Notes under the pieces: generated by a model
What the model was told of the DNA's origin: nothing
Databases searched by the model: none
What the model saw: the letters and a program-made list of their open reading frames with translations, nothing else
Shown: positions 10,172 to 18,645 of the stretch, piece by piece
Numbering within the stretch: position 1 is the stretch's first letter
Layout of the letters: each line of letters opens with the position of its first letter
Program-made: the position numbers and the translations under genes
DNA from: Cenarchaeum sp.
Lineage (GTDB): Archaea > Thermoproteota > Nitrososphaeria > Nitrososphaerales > Nitrosopumilaceae
Reading direction: 5' to 3'
Length of the DNA stretch: 64,000 bases
NCBI GenBank assembly: GCA_965212015.1
Contig: OZ243037.1
Location: 768,001-832,000 of the forward strand

Positions 10172-10411
10172 ATCCGATTACTATGGGTTATTACTTATAA
10201 TTTTACAACAATTGGCTTGCCTCGACGGCAAGTTGCCGAGACCCAAAACCAGTCAAAATCCCCCATACTCCTCAAAATGTGGAAAACCTCAGAATGCGAT
10301 CGCGGTGAACGGGGTTGAAAATCCGCCATGCCAAAAGACGCCGGCAGGCCATGCGCGGGATTGGTTTTTTTTTTATTTCCCGCCGCGTACCGTGCTACAG
10401 GCTTGCGCGTA

Positions 10412-11239
10412 TCAGCTCGGAAACAGCTCGGCACCCATGTATTTTTCAAATTCCAGATCCGTTTTCATCTTTTTTGCCTCCATGAACATTGCCGCGTCCG
10501 TTCCTACAATGTATCTTGGCTGCATCTCTTTGTCGTGAATCGCCTTTATTATTACCCTGGCCACCTCGGAGGGCTCTGTCCCCATCTGTACCATCATCTT
10601 TAGGCCCGCGTGGATGCGGTCAGTTATCTCTTTGTATTTTGGATCTGCCTGCGAGTCCGGAAGCCTCATCGAGTCGAAAAATCCCGTCTTTATCACGCCC
10701 GGCTCGATGAGAGTCGTCCTTATCCCGAACATTCCCAGCTCATACCGCAGGCATTCGCCCAGTCCCTCCAGCGCGAATTTTGAGCTGATATAGGCAGGCG
10801 AGCCGGGCAGCCCCATCCGTCCGCCCACAGAGCTAATGTTGACTATAATCCCAGAGCCCTGCCTTCGCATGACGGGGGCGACTTGCTGTATTATTCCCAC
10901 AATGCTAAAAAAGTTGGTCTCAAACTGCGCCCTGAACTGATCCACGGTGACGTCCTCGGTGCACCCAAACTGCCCGTATCCGGCATTATTCACCAGCACG
11001 TCTATCGTCCCGCCGTCGGATATTTTTTTGACTGCAGAGGCGACGGATTCTGCCCTGTCTACGTCCATGTACGTGATCTCCACGGGGAGGCCCTCCCGCT
11101 GTACGGTTTTTTCCAGCTCGGATGATTTTGCAGTGTCGCGCATGCCGGCAAACGTGTGATAGCCGTCCCTCGCAAGCGCCAGGACGGTCTCTAGGCCGAT
11201 TCCCGACGAGCTTCCCGTGACCAGAGCCCTGCCGTTCAT
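10412..11239 (-). CDS. SDR-family oxidoreductase
   Basis: TGSSSGIG, NNAGYG and YISSK motifs; start taken at MNGRA. Confidence 0.93.
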   Translation of the reverse strand: MNGRALVTGSSSGIGLETVLALARDGYHTFAGMRDTAKSSELEKTVQREGLPVEITYMDVDRAESVASAVKKISDGGTIDVLVNNAGYGQFGCTEDVTVDQFRAQFETNFFSIVGIIQQVAPVMRRQGSGIIVNISSVGGRMGLPGSPAYISSKFALEGLGECLRYELGMFGIRTTLIEPGVIKTGFFDSMRLPDSQADPKYKEITDRIHAGLKMMVQMGTEPSEVARVIIKAIHDKEMQPRYIVGTDAAMFMEAKKMKTDLEFEKYMGAELFPS

Positions 11240-11312
11240 TGCATATTTCAGGGTACTTGCCGTATTTATCACATTTGCATCCCGAAAAAGGCTGTGCCGG
11301 CCGAAGGATGTG

Positions 11313-11404
11313 TGCCGGGGGTGGGTTTCGAACCCACGACCTCCAGATTATGAGTATTGCCTTTGTGGAAGCTGGCACTCTAGGCCAGGCTGAGCTACCC
11401 CGGC
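11313..11404 (-). tRNA. tRNA-Met(CAT), probably elongator, with a 16-nt BHB intron at non-canonical position 30/31 (11356-11371)
   Basis: Acceptor stem GCCGGGG/CCCCGGC, D-arm GCTC/GAGT and T-arm GTGGG-TTCGAAA-CCCAC. The anticodon stem CCAGA/TCTGG forms only after CTTCCACAAAGGCAAT is removed. Confidence 0.93.
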
Positions 11405-11500
11405 ATGAACTAGTGCAAAATCCCAAACAAATTAAACCATTCTAAACGCCGGTTTTGGGAATCCCGGTGCGATGGCCGCGCGCAGGCATAAAAAAAAGGG

Positions 11501-11758
11501 TCAGGGGCAGCCTTCCATCTTTTGGATAAAGTACCCGTCCTTCTCTATTGCCTGTGCCACCGGTTCGGGGGCCGACTGCGAGTGGCAGAACTGGCATTCG
11601 TTTTGCGTCATTGTCGACTCGCCCTCGCCAATAGTCTGCAGCCACTGTTTTCCATACTCGATTGCCTTTTCGTGGTCCTTGTTGCCCGTAATGACATCAA
11701 AGTGCATGGTGTGGCCGTCCTTGGCCTTGACGTACGTGTCGTATACGTGGATTTCCAT
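11501..11758 (-). CDS. DUF2024-family protein
   Basis: HVYDTYV...MHFDV...CQFCHSQ...GYFI signature. Confidence 0.8.
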   Translation of the reverse strand: MEIHVYDTYVKAKDGHTMHFDVITGNKDHEKAIEYGKQWLQTIGEGESTMTQNECQFCHSQSAPEPVAQAIEKDGYFIQKMEGCP

Positions 11759-11809
11759 GACGTATAATCAATACAGGCCATATTTAATTCAAAACCTTCG
11801 GATGCGCTT

Positions 11810-12208
11810 TCAGATGATCGCAATCTCGACTGTCCTTTGATCAGAGACGTACGCCCGGAAATCCCCGTTCAGGCCGGAATAAATCACCCACGCCACGGGG
11901 TTGACTAGCATGAATCTTTCGTCGGTCTTTGACGGGACTGCCGGCGAGTCCGGGTGGGAGTGGAATATTCCCACCATCTGCATGTTTTTTTGCTCCGCCC
12001 TGCCGTAGCATTCAATGACGTCCTTGTGCGAAATCGCAAAGCTGGTGCGTGATTTTTGCGCGTTTGCGGCAAATATAATCTCCCCTACCGTTGCCATATT
12101 CCCCCTGCTTGTCCCAAGCAGCATGGCGCACGATTCCTCTGGGGCAAGCAGTTCTGCGTGCCTTTTTAGCCGGTCCCTCTGGCTTTCGTCGATTGCTATG
12201 CCGTTCAA
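11810..12208 (-). CDS. JAMM/MPN+ (Mov34) metalloprotease
   Basis: EESCAMLLG and GIFHSHP..AVPS..D motifs; TTG start just after the upstream stop. Confidence 0.9.
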   Translation of the reverse strand: MNGIAIDESQRDRLKRHAELLAPEESCAMLLGTSRGNMATVGEIIFAANAQKSRTSFAISHKDVIECYGRAEQKNMQMVGIFHSHPDSPAVPSKTDERFMLVNPVAWVIYSGLNGDFRAYVSDQRTVEIAII

Positions 12209-12210
12209 TG

Positions 12211-13026
12211 CTACTCCGGAACGGTTTCTGGCCCGGAGCTGGTCACCGTGATGGAGGAGACCATCCACGGATGGACGCTGCAAAAGTACTCATAGTCGCC
12301 TGCCTCCAGATCCGCAGTATCTACTGTAAAGACGTCGTCTGCTATCATGAGCCCGGAATAAAACGCATCGCCTGCGTCAAGTGAGCTAGTCACGGTGTGC
12401 ACCACGCTGTCCTCGTTTGTCCACCGCACGACTGTCCCCTGTTCTACGGATGCAGCATCGGGATCATAGTCTGGCGCGCCCTGCACCACGGATCCCTCCA
12501 GTATGGCAATGTCGTAAAACTCTGCATCAGGCGCAATGACTTTTTCCTCCTCTACCTCCTCGGGCTCGTCGATAAGGTACGTGTCGGGCCCCACAAGGCC
12601 AAAGGCGACAAACGCGCCGACGCCGGCTATCGCCGCCAGAGCAAAGATTCCCCCTATCGGCCTCGTATACTGCGGCATTTTTGCCGCCACATACGCAATC
12701 ACGATTGCCGGCGTTGCAAGAATCATCATTACTGCCGCAAACGTCGGCACCGTGCTAATGGTGCTAAATGCCAGCGCCGTCATGCCAAACGAGAGCGCGA
12801 TGGATATCACCACCAGCGTGGTGGCCTTTGCGCGGTTGCTGGTGGAAACCCCGCCCTCCAGGATTCCCGCAGACAGGAATATCAGGCCCACAAACATGGT
12901 AAGGCCGGTAAGGGCGTGCATTCCGTCTATGAACGTGTGCGCAATTCCGGAATACGATATTATGACTCCGGCCAGGCCTATCGATGTGAGACCCATCCCG
13001 GGCATCATTAAATCCCAATTGCTCAT
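12211..13026 (-). CDS. Membrane-anchored cupredoxin (type-1 blue copper protein)
   Basis: Multiple TM helices followed by VHTVTS...YFCSVHPWM. Confidence 0.9.
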   Translation of the reverse strand: MSNWDLMMPGMGLTSIGLAGVIISYSGIAHTFIDGMHALTGLTMFVGLIFLSAGILEGGVSTSNRAKATTLVVISIALSFGMTALAFSTISTVPTFAAVMMILATPAIVIAYVAAKMPQYTRPIGGIFALAAIAGVGAFVAFGLVGPDTYLIDEPEEVEEEKVIAPDAEFYDIAILEGSVVQGAPDYDPDAASVEQGTVVRWTNEDSVVHTVTSSLDAGDAFYSGLMIADDVFTVDTADLEAGDYEYFCSVHPWMVSSITVTSSGPETVPE

Positions 13027-13121
13027 CTTCTGCCAGCTCGTCTGGTGCGAGATTACTTAATCGTTTTGAAAAGATCCCCTAGTCGAATACATTAAATCCC
13101 CACAGGCGATCCCCAAAGCAA

Positions 13122-13994
13122 TTGGTATTAAGAGAAATAATCGAGGTCTCAAAACCCCGAATCATCGTACTGCTGGTAATTACGGCAGTCACCTCGCTGT
13201 ATGCGGCCGACGAGCTCTCCGGCGCGCATGCCGGATACTGGGCGTACATACACCTGATAGTGGCCGGATCGCTTGCCTCTGCGGGCTCTAGCGCGCTTAA
13301 CCACTATTATGACAGGGACATCGATCCAAAGATGAAGAGGACCAGCACAAGGCCCATACCGTCCGGCAGGATCCGGGCGCGCTCCGTGCTGGCCTACGGC
13401 ATGGCGGCAAGTGCGGCGTCTGTGGCATACGGGTATTTCGCGCTAAACGAGCTTGCCGCGTTTTTTATCGCCCTCGGGATATTCTCGTACGTCATAATCT
13501 ATACCGTATGGCTCAAGCGCCTCAACACGTCGAACATAGTAATCGGGGGCATAGCCGGAAGCGCGGCATCGTGGGCAGGGTGGGCGTCTGCTACGGGATC
13601 GCTGGATCTTTTGGGGTTCATGGTCGGGCTGCTGGTCTTTGCGTGGACCCCGTCGCATTTCTGGTGCCTTGCAATGAAGATCAAAAGCGAATACGAGGAG
13701 GCAAATGTCCCGATGCTGCCAGTCGTAATCGGGATGCAAAAGACCTCAAGGTACATCCTGGCCAACACCATAATCCTGGTCCCGTACTCCCTTTTGCTTT
13801 ACGCCGCCGGCATGGGGCTGGTTTATGCCGCAATTGCCGCGGCAGCCGGCGGGCTGATGCTGGTATACCACTACAAGCTCACAAAGACGCCCACCCCGGA
13901 CTTTGCATGGAAGGCCTACAAGGTCACCGCGCCGTACCTTACGATAATTTTCGTGGCAGTGGCGCTGGATGCGGCGTTTAATTTCAGGATTTAA
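13122..13994 (+). CDS. cyoE: Protoheme IX farnesyltransferase (heme o synthase)
   Basis: NHYYDRDID..MKRT..RPIPSG and WTPSHFW motifs. Confidence 0.95.
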   Translation: MVLREIIEVSKPRIIVLLVITAVTSLYAADELSGAHAGYWAYIHLIVAGSLASAGSSALNHYYDRDIDPKMKRTSTRPIPSGRIRARSVLAYGMAASAASVAYGYFALNELAAFFIALGIFSYVIIYTVWLKRLNTSNIVIGGIAGSAASWAGWASATGSLDLLGFMVGLLVFAWTPSHFWCLAMKIKSEYEEANVPMLPVVIGMQKTSRYILANTIILVPYSLLLYAAGMGLVYAAIAAAAGGLMLVYHYKLTKTPTPDFAWKAYKVTAPYLTIIFVAVALDAAFNFRI

Positions 13995-14028
13995 AAAGGC
14001 ACGGCGGGGATTTGCGGCGGTTTTTGCG

Positions 14029-14844
14029 CTAGAATCCCAGCTTGCTCATCTGTCTCAGTCCGCGCCTGCCCAGCCGCACAAAGACTGCCGGCTTTTTGTA
14101 TTTTTTTATGGTTATCGGCTCGCCGAATCCGACTGACTTTACGACCTGCGCATCCATCACCACGCTGCAGTCGTGCGAGCAGATTACCTGGACTTTCTCG
14201 TCGGGCACGACGATTGATGCCAGCCTGTATACGGGCGCCATCGGGGTTATTATCAGCACGTCAAGGCTCTCGTGCAGGATTGGGCCGCCCAGCGAGAAGG
14301 AATGCCCGGTAGATCCGCTAGGAGTCGACACTATCACCCCGTCCATTTTCTGCCTTACCGTGTCGTCCTGGAATTTTATCTCAATCTCTGCGGTCTTTGT
14401 GAGGTTCTTTCTCTGAATCAGTATCTCGTTTAGCGCCGGCGGAAACTCTTCTTTTCCGCAGGACGCAGTCACCCGGGTGCGCCTCTCCAGGATTATCTTT
14501 CCGGAGCGGATCTGCCTGAGGGCCAGGTCCAGCTCGTCTAGCGTTATCTCAGACAGGATTCCCCTGTTTCCCCCCACGTTGATTGTAAGTACGGGAGTCT
14601 CGTTTTCCATGTTTCTAAACGCCCTGAGCGTGGTGCCGTCCCCCCCGAGTGTCACTACCAGGTCCAGCTTTATCTTTTTCAGGTCGGCTATTGACTCTAT
14701 TCTGTTTACCCTGTCCACCGGAATCTCCGATGTCGCATATACGGCGCATTTTATCGCAAGGAGCTTTTTTGCCACCTTTTTTGCCGCGTCATCTGCCGGT
14801 TTGGAGCCGAATTTGCCCACTATTGCCACTTTGCGTAGTTTCAA
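14029..14844 (-). CDS. NAD(+) kinase
   Basis: GGDGTTL, ALNE and DGVIVSTPSGSTGHSFSLGGP motifs. Confidence 0.93.
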   Translation of the reverse strand: MKLRKVAIVGKFGSKPADDAAKKVAKKLLAIKCAVYATSEIPVDRVNRIESIADLKKIKLDLVVTLGGDGTTLRAFRNMENETPVLTINVGGNRGILSEITLDELDLALRQIRSGKIILERRTRVTASCGKEEFPPALNEILIQRKNLTKTAEIEIKFQDDTVRQKMDGVIVSTPSGSTGHSFSLGGPILHESLDVLIITPMAPVYRLASIVVPDEKVQVICSHDCSVVMDAQVVKSVGFGEPITIKKYKKPAVFVRLGRRGLRQMSKLGF

Positions 14845-15024
14845 GCAGAGACTGTTGTTCTGATTTGCTTAATAATCATAGCTAAAAACGGCGCCATAAG
14901 GGCAGATGCCGGCCAAAAACACCACGAATTTGGGAGCAGGGCAATCTCAAAAATCAGGATGAATTGGTGCCCAATCCGCGGCGCAAGTTTTCCAGACTAC
15001 AGTTGTGGCAGTCAGCGGCACGCG

Positions 15025-15077
15025 TGCTCTGGTGCATTAGCGCCGGATTTCACTGCGGTGTTGCATACGCCGGATTT
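15025..15077 (+). repeat. Left terminal inverted repeat
   Basis: tgctctggtgcattagcgccggatttcactgcggtgttgcatacgccggattt; contains two internal cgccggattt motifs. Confidence 0.95.
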
Positions 15078-15207
15078 CAGACTTTGATGATTTTACGCCC
15101 AAATCTAGAGTTTGATCGCATATGGCAAGCCACTCACAGACATGATTTCCTCCGGTTAGAAGTTTGGTTGAAAAAAACCGCCCGGAAAGACGGGCAGGTC
15201 GGTGGAA

Positions 15208-16548
15208 TTATTCGCCTTTTACCAGGACCCAGCAACCGTCGTTCTTTCCAAACGATGTCCACGCAAAGTCGTGCCTCTTTAGCACATCATCAATCATGTG
15301 CCACATGTCCCCCCTCATCCAGGTCTTTGGGACGACCCTGCAGGAATCCTCACTGTTGAACACATTGACGTATTTTATTTTTCCACCAAGCTCCAGAATG
15401 AACTGTGGCTTTTTCATGTCATCTCGACGGTCGAGCAGGCTGGCAATCTTGTCCTCGCCCAGGTCCCCACAAATTCCGGCTGCCTCTGCCGGGGTCTTTC
15501 CGCCAAGCCCCATGTGTGGCCTTATAAAATTGTGGTAAATCTGCAGCATCTCCACAAAGCCCTGGGCGGACTCGTCGTTTCCAAGCCCGCGCCGTGTCTT
15601 CAAGTTCTCGCGAATCTCATTGTGATATCGCTCAACCGGCCTGTTCGTAAAGCCGTCCCGGATGGCCTTTGTCTCGATGTGGGCAACCCTGTCATTGAAC
15701 TCCTTTTGTATGGCAGACTTGTATGACTGGAGCGAGTCGCTGATCACATAGTTTGGAATAGGACACCCTGTCTCCTTTGCCTTGCCTATTATTTTTCGTG
15801 CATCCACGATCTCCCGTTTTTTTGAGACCTGGGTTGCAATCATGAAACGTGTGTGCGGATCAATTATGTTCCACAGCCACACATGGAACCCCTTTGCCAG
15901 TTTTTCGGTTTTCTTGACCTTCACGACTGCCTCGTCAATCGACCACACGTCGGAGGTTTCGGGCATCAGGGTATCGGTGTATTCTTTGATCATCCGGGTA
16001 TAGTTCCTTACCCATCGTATTATTGTGGTGTGGGCCACCTTGACGGAATGCGTCTTTTCAATCTGTCTTGCAATGTTCCTTGATGAGACACCCCTCATAA
16101 GCAGATACATGGCATCCATGATTGTCTCCGGATCTGCCCTGTGGCCGGCAAACCCCTTTGGCAGCAGGACAGACTCTGCATTGCATTTCTTGCATACGTA
16201 TCGCTGCCTCTTCACTCCCGTTTCCAGGCCCCTTGTCCCGTTTTTGTTGAATATGGTAGACTTGCAGCCGATACAGAAATAATCCACCTCTCGCCTTTCA
16301 ATCCCCCTTTCCGCGTATAACTTTTCACGGTGCAGTATGCACGCCTCTATGTGGTAGCAGAGTCTCTCGCGCCCCTCACTACGGGTAATGTTGTAGTGAA
16401 AATGCTTGCAGTCACAGTACCAGATGTGGCTTTTTGGCACGCGCTGTATCGTGTATGATTTTGCCGGGTCTGACTGTGAATCGACCCCAAAACGGTCCTT
16501 TGTGATCTGCCTTACAGAATATGATTTTACCTGTTCGTCTCCATTCAT
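15208..16548 (-). CDS. IS6-like DDE transposase with N-terminal SWIM finger, Zn ribbon and HTH
   Basis: CDC..HF...CYH (SWIM); CIGC/CKKC; WSIDE, ISDS and VERYH catalytic segments; YHNFIRPHMGLGGKTPAEAAG. Confidence 0.92.
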   Translation of the reverse strand: MNGDEQVKSYSVRQITKDRFGVDSQSDPAKSYTIQRVPKSHIWYCDCKHFHYNITRSEGRERLCYHIEACILHREKLYAERGIERREVDYFCIGCKSTIFNKNGTRGLETGVKRQRYVCKKCNAESVLLPKGFAGHRADPETIMDAMYLLMRGVSSRNIARQIEKTHSVKVAHTTIIRWVRNYTRMIKEYTDTLMPETSDVWSIDEAVVKVKKTEKLAKGFHVWLWNIIDPHTRFMIATQVSKKREIVDARKIIGKAKETGCPIPNYVISDSLQSYKSAIQKEFNDRVAHIETKAIRDGFTNRPVERYHNEIRENLKTRRGLGNDESAQGFVEMLQIYHNFIRPHMGLGGKTPAEAAGICGDLGEDKIASLLDRRDDMKKPQFILELGGKIKYVNVFNSEDSCRVVPKTWMRGDMWHMIDDVLKRHDFAWTSFGKNDGCWVLVKGE

Positions 16549-16619
16549 ACGGCATCACCCGGAATAGTCGAACCTCTATGGTTTGTGTTTTCCTTTTTGT
16601 TTGTCTTTATTGTTTTCAT
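16545..16619 (-). CDS. Putative 24-aa leader ORF coupled to the transposase by an ATGA overlap
   Basis: MKTIKTNKKENTNHRGSTIPGDAV*; TATA-like gtatatatac about 25 bp upstream. Confidence 0.35.
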   Translation of the reverse strand: MKTIKTNKKENTNHRGSTIPGDAV

Positions 16620-16640
16620 GCCTTACTATACGTCTAAAGT

Positions 16641-16682
16641 GTATATATACCTATTCATACTATTAGCAATACGTATATATAC
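16641..16682. promoter_or_regulatory. Divergent promoter with two palindromic gtatatatac boxes
   Basis: Boxes at 16641-16650 and 16673-16682, each about 25 bp from a divergent start codon. Confidence 0.55.
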
Positions 16683-16702
16683 TATTTTGCCATAATACTG
16701 GC

Positions 16703-16846
16703 GTGAGCCTGAAAGTGCGGGGGGATTACTGGGAACATGAGTGCAACAGGTGCAACTATGTGTGGTACAGCACAAAGGAGGAACCCAGGGTGTGCACCAA
16801 CTGCAAGTCGCCGTACTGGAACAAGGAACGTATCCGTAATTTATAG
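16703..16846 (+). CDS. 47-aa zinc-ribbon microprotein (transposon passenger; not in the ORF track)
   Basis: MSLKVRGDYWEHECNRCNYVWYSTKEEPRVCTNCKSPYWNKERIRNL: CxxC...CxxCKSPYW. Confidence 0.8.
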   Translation: MSLKVRGDYWEHECNRCNYVWYSTKEEPRVCTNCKSPYWNKERIRNL

Positions 16847-16994
16847 AGGCGATAAATCCGCATGATCAAATTCGGAATAAAGCAACAAGCTTTGTAATGA
16901 ACGTTTAGATCGATACACTGAGGCAAAAAAACTGGTTTAGTTATCTAGAAAGTTTAACAAAAATTCAGATATGTGGGTAGAAATAACAAGATGA

Positions 16995-17354
16995 ATGGTT
17001 TGGGAACATGAGCGTCGTTCTGGAATAATTATTGGCATGCCATTAGCGTTAGCAATATTCATTACAGAAATTGTGTTATTGGGAGCGATTAAAATCACGG
17101 AGTTTTGGCAACAAGCTGCAATCAGCTTGGGAATTCCAGCCTTAATTACTTTAAGTGTCGTCTTAGGAACTATGTGGCGGAGTAAAAATGATCAAAAGGC
17201 AATCATGGATGCCCTGACAGATCCTCCCAGAGAGGGCGAAACCAAAAGGACTAACAAGCTGGACCGACTGGGAAATATCTTGAATGAGCATACGGCTATT
17301 TTGACTGAGATTCGGGACTTGTTGCGCCAGAATCGCGGCCAAAACACCTCCTGA
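16995..17354 (+). CDS. Two-TM membrane protein with a C-terminal coiled coil (transposon passenger)
   Basis: Two hydrophobic helices; lies inside the TIRs. Confidence 0.7.
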   Translation: MVWEHERRSGIIIGMPLALAIFITEIVLLGAIKITEFWQQAAISLGIPALITLSVVLGTMWRSKNDQKAIMDALTDPPREGETKRTNKLDRLGNILNEHTAILTEIRDLLRQNRGQNTS

Positions 17355-17415
17355 AACCCGGATAATTGCCTTATCCTGACCGATCTAGGCCATAAGATCA
17401 TGCCCAAAAACCCTC

Positions 17416-17468
17416 AAATCCGGCGTATGCAACACCGCAGTGAAATCCGGCGCTAATGCACCAGAGCA
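17416..17468 (-). repeat. Right terminal inverted repeat
   Basis: Exact reverse complement of 15025-15077. Confidence 0.95.
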
Positions 17469-17476
17469 GGCACGCG

Positions 17477-17810
17477 GGTACTGTTAAGTTAATGAATGGT
17501 AGGCGCGGACCTCCCGATTCAAAATCGAGCAAAGTCCGAAAATCCTGAAAATCTGTCAGGGCGAACTTGAAGGATCAAGGGTGAATCTTGTGTAGGACGG
17601 CGTTCTAGATGAGAGTAATCCGCTTGTTCTGACCCTCGATCTCTATCAGGGCAACCTCTGCCGGCGTCTTGTCATCTAGGGCGGAATGTTTCTTTATCAT
17701 GTTGAAATACGCGATAAAGCCGTGGATTAAAGGAGAATCTGGATTCTTGAGTACTCTAAATGATTGCTCCCAGTCCCGGAATTTCACTGTTTGATTATTC
17801 CAGGGAACTA
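17477..17810 (-). pseudogene. Remnant of a second IS6-like element: transposase C-terminus plus a putative end ggtactgttaagtt
   Basis: 17605-17787 encodes FRDWEQSFRVLK...YFNMIKKHSALDDKTPAEVALIEIEGQNK, resembling the YHN..RPH..L..KTPAE tail of the intact transposase. Confidence 0.75.
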
Positions 17811-17862
17811 ATCGTGTCTGTCAACTAATTAAGGAGCCCTCCGGATTTGTGGGATCAATCCC

Positions 17863-17948
17863 TCATATCGGCAGTCCCCCATATGGACGGCGGACTGCCG
17901 GTGCAGTTCCGTGCCGGCGGCCGGACGTGCATGCCGCGCGCGAATCCG
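17863..17948 (+). repeat. 86-bp GC-rich hairpin-forming direct repeat, copy 1
   Basis: 83/86 identical to 19339-19424. Confidence 0.95.
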
Positions 17949-18030
17949 CCAATCCGGACTGTCATTGCATGTGGGCAGAAAATTATGGCGTTTGTCTTTG
18001 CCATACGGCCATACCTTTGGCAGATGTTTT

Positions 18031-18433
18031 TTATCTGTGGGCATCATTGGGCTTGTTAGACCAAACTTTAATTTCCCCAAATTTGTTTTTGCCGTCTAAT
18101 ACAAGCGTCCATAAATTAATCAGATCCCTACCCACAAGCACATCGTCCCTGTTTAATGCCACAACTTCCATAAGATCAAACTTTATCTCCCCTATTTTTA
18201 TATGCACAAGATACATATTTTCCTGTGTTATTGATCCATTTCCCATTTGGGAATGCCTTTTCGTCGTGTTTTTGTAAATTTGACTTGTTGATCAAATATT
18301 TTGGAATTGCGGTCTTGTCTGCACCGGTGTCTGATTTTCCCTTTTCGGGGAATGATTTTTCGAGATAACTCATCACTTGCAGATCAATGTATGGTGCATT
18401 TGGAACTATTGTGGTATTGTATTTGAATTTCAA
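18031..18433 (-). pseudogene. Clan AA retropepsin-like aspartic protease, split by a +1 frameshift near 18249-18251
   Basis: DTGAD motif in the 5' ORF and LVGRD motif in the 3' ORF; removing one base fuses them as ...KAFQMGNGS... Confidence 0.75.
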
Positions 18434-18645
18434 CTCAAGCTAGTTCCGGAGTATCCATGACAAATATTGTTTTTTGTGAACGGATTTTCCAGGTTTTCAA
18501 CACATGCGTCCTTTTTAATATCGAACCAAAGTGACGTATCATGCGGACAGGTTACCGTTTTGTCCAGATCCCACTGTTCAATGTCAGTACTTTCCTGTTC
18601 AAACGGTGTTTTTTCCTCCAGTACTTGCCAGATGTCTTCAATCAA
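18430..18645 (-). CDS. Small acidic hypothetical protein
   Basis: 71 aa; its start and stop overlap both neighbouring genes. Confidence 0.55.
   Translation of the reverse strand: MIEDIWQVLEEKTPFEQESTDIEQWDLDKTVTCPHDTSLWFDIKKDACVENLENPFTKNNICHGYSGTSLS

Larger units (their letters stand above)
15025..17468. mobile_element. Complete 2444-bp IS6-like transposon carrying passenger genes
   Basis: Perfect 53-bp terminal inverted repeats (15025-15077 and 17416-17468) flanked by the 8-bp direct repeat ggcacgcg (15017-15024 and 17469-17476). Confidence 0.95.

Noticed and set aside
16545-16619. Programmed -1 frameshift fusing the leader ORF to the transposase
   Set aside because: The -1 frame after the AAAAAG run hits TAG before reaching the transposase ATG.
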